64,000 bases of DNA from an uncultured beta proteobacterium. Its GTDB lineage: Bacteria > Pseudomonadota > Gammaproteobacteria > Burkholderiales > Rhodocyclaceae. Position numbers and translations under genes: made by a program. Shown one piece after another: positions 60,946 through 64,000 of the stretch. The stretch covers positions 36,832-100,831 of the forward strand of contig CAVPDA010000006.1 in assembly GCA_963702495.1 (NCBI GenBank), given 5' to 3'. Every line of letters starts with the position of its first letter. The stretch's first letter is position 1. The notes beneath the pieces are model-generated. The model was not told the DNA's origin. It made no database searches and saw only the letters and a list, made by a program, of their open reading frames with translations.

Positions 60946-63659
60946 CTGACCATTAGGCATGCTGGACAAGGAAGATTTTTTGCGCTACTGTGCGCGGCAT
61001 GCTCATCGCCGGCAGAGACTTTAACGATGAAGTCATAGCGCGCATCCGCGAGACGGTGCGCAGCGGCGTTGATCTGACCCGAGGTGCGCTGGCACGCGTG
61101 GTGTGCGGCTGGTTCGACTGGCGGCACGCCGACGGGCGGCCGAAGGAGACGAGCTGCCGCATTGTGCTCAACAAGCTCGAACGGCGTGGGGTGATCGAAT
61201 TGCCGGCGGCGCGCGAGGTGAGTTTCGTTGCGCGCAGGCCACGGCCAGCCGAGCCCATGCAGTGGCCGCAGATCGAGGGGGCGCTGTCGAAGCTGGGCCA
61301 CATTGAACTGGTGGTGGTCAATGGCGACAAGGCGTTGTCGCGCCAGTGGCGGGCGATGATGCAAGCGCATCACCCGCTGGGCGACGGGCCGCTGTGCGGG
61401 GCGCAGCTGCGCTATCTGATCCGCAGCAAGCAAGGGATTTTGGGAGGCTTGAGTTTTAGCGCGGCGGCCTGGCGGCTGGGTGTGCGCGATGAGTGGATCG
61501 GTTGGAGCGAGGGCACCCGCGCGGCGCGCCTGGCGCTGATCGTGGGCAACAGTCGATTCCTGATTGTGCCCTCGGTCCAGGTGAAGAATCTGGCCTCACA
61601 CGTGCTGGGCTTGGCGACCCGCCAGCTCGCGGCCGATTGGCAGCGGCACTATGGCTACAAACCGGTGCTGATCGAGACCTTTGTGGATAGCAGCCGCTAC
61701 CCGGGCACCTGTTACCGCGCGGCCAACTGGACCGATCTGGGGATGACCCAGGGGCGAGGCCGTCAGGATCGGGTGCGCCAAGGGTGCGTGGGGCGCAAAC
61801 AGGTATTCGTCTATCCGCTGCAACGCAACTGGCGCAAACTACTGACCGCGCCGCCGGAGTTGGCGCGCCTGATGCCGTCGGTCCGAGCCAAGCCCCCGCT
61901 CGACTGGGCGGAAGAAGAATTCGGACGCTGCCGGCTCAGTGAGCGGCTCACCCAGCGCTTGATGAGCCTGGCGCGTGATTTCTGGGCCCGACCCATGGCC
62001 AACCTACCGGAAGCGTGTGGGAGCGCGACCAAGATGCAAGCGGCCTATCGTTTTCTGGCCAACGACGACGTGCTGTTCGAGACCTTGTTGCAGCCGCACT
62101 ACGCGGCCACCGAGGGGCGCATCAGCGAGTTGGGTGAGGGTTCGGTGGTGCTGGTGCCGCAAGACACCACCAGTGTGAACTACAGCCATCTGAGCATCGC
62201 CGGCCTGGGCCCGATCGGCACCACGGCCGAGGGGGCGCAAGGCCTGCATCTGCACAGCAGCCTGGCGATGACGGTGCAAGGGGTGCCGCTGGGCTTTGTC
62301 AACGCGCAATGTTGGGCTCGCGACCCCGCGCAGTTCGGCACGAAGGCGCAGCGCCATGCCTTGGCCATTGAACAGAAGGAAAGCTATCGCTGGCTCAAGA
62401 GCTATCAGGCGGTGGCGGCAGTGCAAAAGCGCAACCCACAGCTCACGCTGGTCAGTATGGGCGATCGGGAAGCGGACATCTATGAGTTGTTTGCCCAAGC
62501 GGCACTCGAGCCGGCGGGACCGAAGCTGCTCATTCGTGCCAAGCACGACCGCCAAGTGCAAGGCGAACAGGCGCGCCTGTTCGAGGCGCTCCAGGGGCAG
62601 CCGATCAGCGGTTATCAACTCGTCAAACTGCCTCGGCAGGGCAATCGTCCAGCGCGCGAGGCCAAACTGGCGATCCGCTTTGCCGCGCTGAGCTTGTGTC
62701 CCCCACAGGACAAGGCGCACCTGAGCGCGCTCCAGATCTGGACGGTGCTGGCCAAAGAAGAGGGCGCGCCCGAGGGCGCCGAGCCCATTGAATGGCGGCT
62801 GCTCACCACGCTCGCTGTGGAGAGCTTCGAGCAGGCGTGTGAGAAAGTGGCCTGGTATACCCAGCGCTGGGGTATCGAGGTGTTTCATCGCACGCTCAAA
62901 AGCGGCTGCCGCATCGAAGATCGCCAGCTCGGTCACGCTGACCGGTTGGAGGCCTGCCTGGCCATCGACATGGTCGTCGCCTGGCGCATCTATCATATGG
63001 TCAAGCTCGGGCGTGAGGTTCCCGAACTGCCTTGCGATGTCTATTTTGACGAAGCCGAGTGGAAAGCGCTGGTTGCCTACAGCACGAAGAATCCGGTGCC
63101 GCCTGAACAGGCGCCCAGCCTGCGCGAAGCCATCCGCATGGTGGCCAAGATAGGCGGTTTTCTGGGGCGCAAGGGCGATGGCGAACCCGGCACGGAGACT
63201 CTTTGGCGTGGCTTACAACATCTGGATCTCATGACGGATGTCTGGCGGGTGATGGCCAGCGGTCCATGAACCACAACTGCGCTGCCAATCGAACGCCAGT
63301 CCAAGATGTGCACGATTGGCGGCCAGCCGGCGCACGCCTAGCCCAGACAGTGCGAGAGCCGCGCTTGCCTTCGCTGACCGGCCACGCCACGGTCCTTGTC
63401 GCATGGCGCAGACACTGCCCGTTGGTGCTCAGCAGCACCACTTCGCACGCGAAACACTGCCGCAGCGTGCGTTGATCACAAGCGCCCGATTCTCGCCGCT
63501 GCCTGCTGCAATCGGCATGGCCGTACGTTCCTCAAGACACGGCTCGGCCGTCTGGTAGCGGGTTTGCTCGACCATCCATTCGGAATCTCTCGCCAAAACG
63601 TCAGGCCGGTGCCGCGTGGGTGAGAAAAAGACACCGAGTCCAGCGTGCGCAAAGGTCAG
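60946..63659 (+). mobile_element. IS4/Tn5-like insertion sequence (2714 bp) with 26-bp imperfect TIRs and an 8-bp (possibly 9-bp) TSD
   Basis: TIRs are ctgaccattaggcatgctggacaagg (60946-60971) and the reverse complement of 63634-63659, ctgacctttgcgcacgctggactcgg (20/26 match, Tn5-like CTGAC tips). Direct repeat catggcgc sits at 60938-60945 and 63660-63667. Confidence 0.85.
60999..63269 (+). CDS. IS4/Tn5-family transposase with an N-terminal DUF4338 (DruA-like) domain
   Basis: N-terminal ~300 aa: GAQLRYLIRSKQGILGGLSFSAAAWRLGVRDEWIGWSE...VGNSRFLIVPSVQVKNLASHVLG...LIETFVDSSRYPGTCYRAANWTDLGMTQGRGRQD. Then Tn5-like DNA-binding (AYRFLAN), DDE (VLVPQDTTSVNY...VSMGDREADIYE...YTQRWGIEVFHRTLKSG) and a Tn5 dimerisation tail (GFLGRKGDGEPGTETLWRGLQ). 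Confidence 0.9.
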   Translation: MLIAGRDFNDEVIARIRETVRSGVDLTRGALARVVCGWFDWRHADGRPKETSCRIVLNKLERRGVIELPAAREVSFVARRPRPAEPMQWPQIEGALSKLGHIELVVVNGDKALSRQWRAMMQAHHPLGDGPLCGAQLRYLIRSKQGILGGLSFSAAAWRLGVRDEWIGWSEGTRAARLALIVGNSRFLIVPSVQVKNLASHVLGLATRQLAADWQRHYGYKPVLIETFVDSSRYPGTCYRAANWTDLGMTQGRGRQDRVRQGCVGRKQVFVYPLQRNWRKLLTAPPELARLMPSVRAKPPLDWAEEEFGRCRLSERLTQRLMSLARDFWARPMANLPEACGSATKMQAAYRFLANDDVLFETLLQPHYAATEGRISELGEGSVVLVPQDTTSVNYSHLSIAGLGPIGTTAEGAQGLHLHSSLAMTVQGVPLGFVNAQCWARDPAQFGTKAQRHALAIEQKESYRWLKSYQAVAAVQKRNPQLTLVSMGDREADIYELFAQAALEPAGPKLLIRAKHDRQVQGEQARLFEALQGQPISGYQLVKLPRQGNRPAREAKLAIRFAALSLCPPQDKAHLSALQIWTVLAKEEGAPEGAEPIEWRLLTTLAVESFEQACEKVAWYTQRWGIEVFHRTLKSGCRIEDRQLGHADRLEACLAIDMVVAWRIYHMVKLGREVPELPCDVYFDEAEWKALVAYSTKNPVPPEQAPSLREAIRMVAKIGGFLGRKGDGEPGTETLWRGLQHLDLMTDVWRVMASGP

Positions 63660-64000
63660 CATGGCGCAGGGGGGGAATGTCAAACACCTGGCGCGTTTCA
63701 ACCACCACCGCATCGCTCAGCGACCGATGGCAGGCATCACAATGGCTCGCCGGCGGGTGCGGCTCAATGTGATCCGGTTGCGCCACCTTCTTCAGCGTAT
63801 GGCCCCGGTGCCCTTTTTGACCGCCCGTCAACTTCATCGCCTTGTGCCGCTGCGACTTCGGTTTCGGCCGGCCCAAACCGTCCGAGGACGGCGGCTTGCT
63901 CGAGTTCTGGCTGTTCAGCGCCAGGCGACCTTCAAGTTCCGCAACCTTCGCCGTCAGCAGGGCCACTTGCGCATACAGCACACGGATCAGGTCGTCTTTC
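63660..64000 (-). pseudogene. IS66-family transposase, N-terminal part (continues beyond the window)
   Basis: DDLIRVLYAQVALLTAKVAELEGRLALNSQNSSKPPSSDGLGRPKPKS...GGQKGHRGHTL...CDACHRSL...ETRQVFDIPPLRH: the IS66 leucine-zipper and zinc-finger N-terminus. Confidence 0.8.

Larger units (their letters stand above)
59879..64000 (-). mobile_element. IS66-family element (partial; continues past the window end), interrupted by an IS4-like element
   Basis: It contains the two halves of an IS66 DDE transposase. The proposed terminus gtaactactcagg at ~59879 (IS66 ends usually start GTAA) is about 37 nt past the transposase stop. This end is a low-confidence call. Confidence 0.65.

Overview
GC-rich (about 65%) chromosomal segment that looks like a betaproteobacterium (Rhodocyclales-like; this is an inference from gene content only). 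All calls come from reading the six-frame translations and the DNA by eye. Family names are motif recognition from memory, not database hits. I support about 45 protein genes. Housekeeping or ordinary genes: L,D-transpeptidase, yjcH-actP acetate permease, alpha-glucan phosphorylase, cspA, guaC, msrA/msrB, an RND efflux pair, an ABC-2 exporter, an OPT transporter, a hybrid histidine kinase, and AraC and Crp regulators. I found no rRNA, tRNA or CRISPR array. There are three accessory or decayed patches. (1) 16.2-26.2 kb holds a tight three-gene operon: a stand-alone caspase (C14), a ~2000-aa protein (twin alpha/beta-hydrolase, CHAT protease, helical-repeat tail, split by a 1-nt frameshift), and a LysM-M15 peptidoglycan peptidase. 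It is bordered on the right by the truncated, internally deleted remnant of a paralog of the flavoprotein oxidoreductase at 31.5 kb. This operon is my best candidate for an undescribed protease-gated lysis or conflict system. (2) 33.2-36.8 kb is an IS graveyard: a decayed IS1595-family element with perfect 25-bp TIRs and an 8-bp TSD sits inside a frameshifted ISNCY-like element, which truncates a catalase-family gene. A possible IS630 remnant lies next to it. (3) 59.9-64.0 kb holds an IS4/Tn5-like element whose transposase carries an N-terminal DUF4338 (DruA-like) domain. It is inserted, with a TSD, into an IS66-family transposase gene. Other oddities: a KaiC-like / GGDEF-histidine-kinase / Crp operon built from degenerate parts (H-box His is Asp; no P-loop). 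A HAMP-PAS-pseudokinase-DEDDh exonuclease sits with a CBS-DUF294 nucleotidyltransferase beside actP. A ~55-nt conserved hairpin-bearing intergenic repeat occurs twice. A 133-nt palindromic element lies between convergent genes. An SDR gene is frameshifted.
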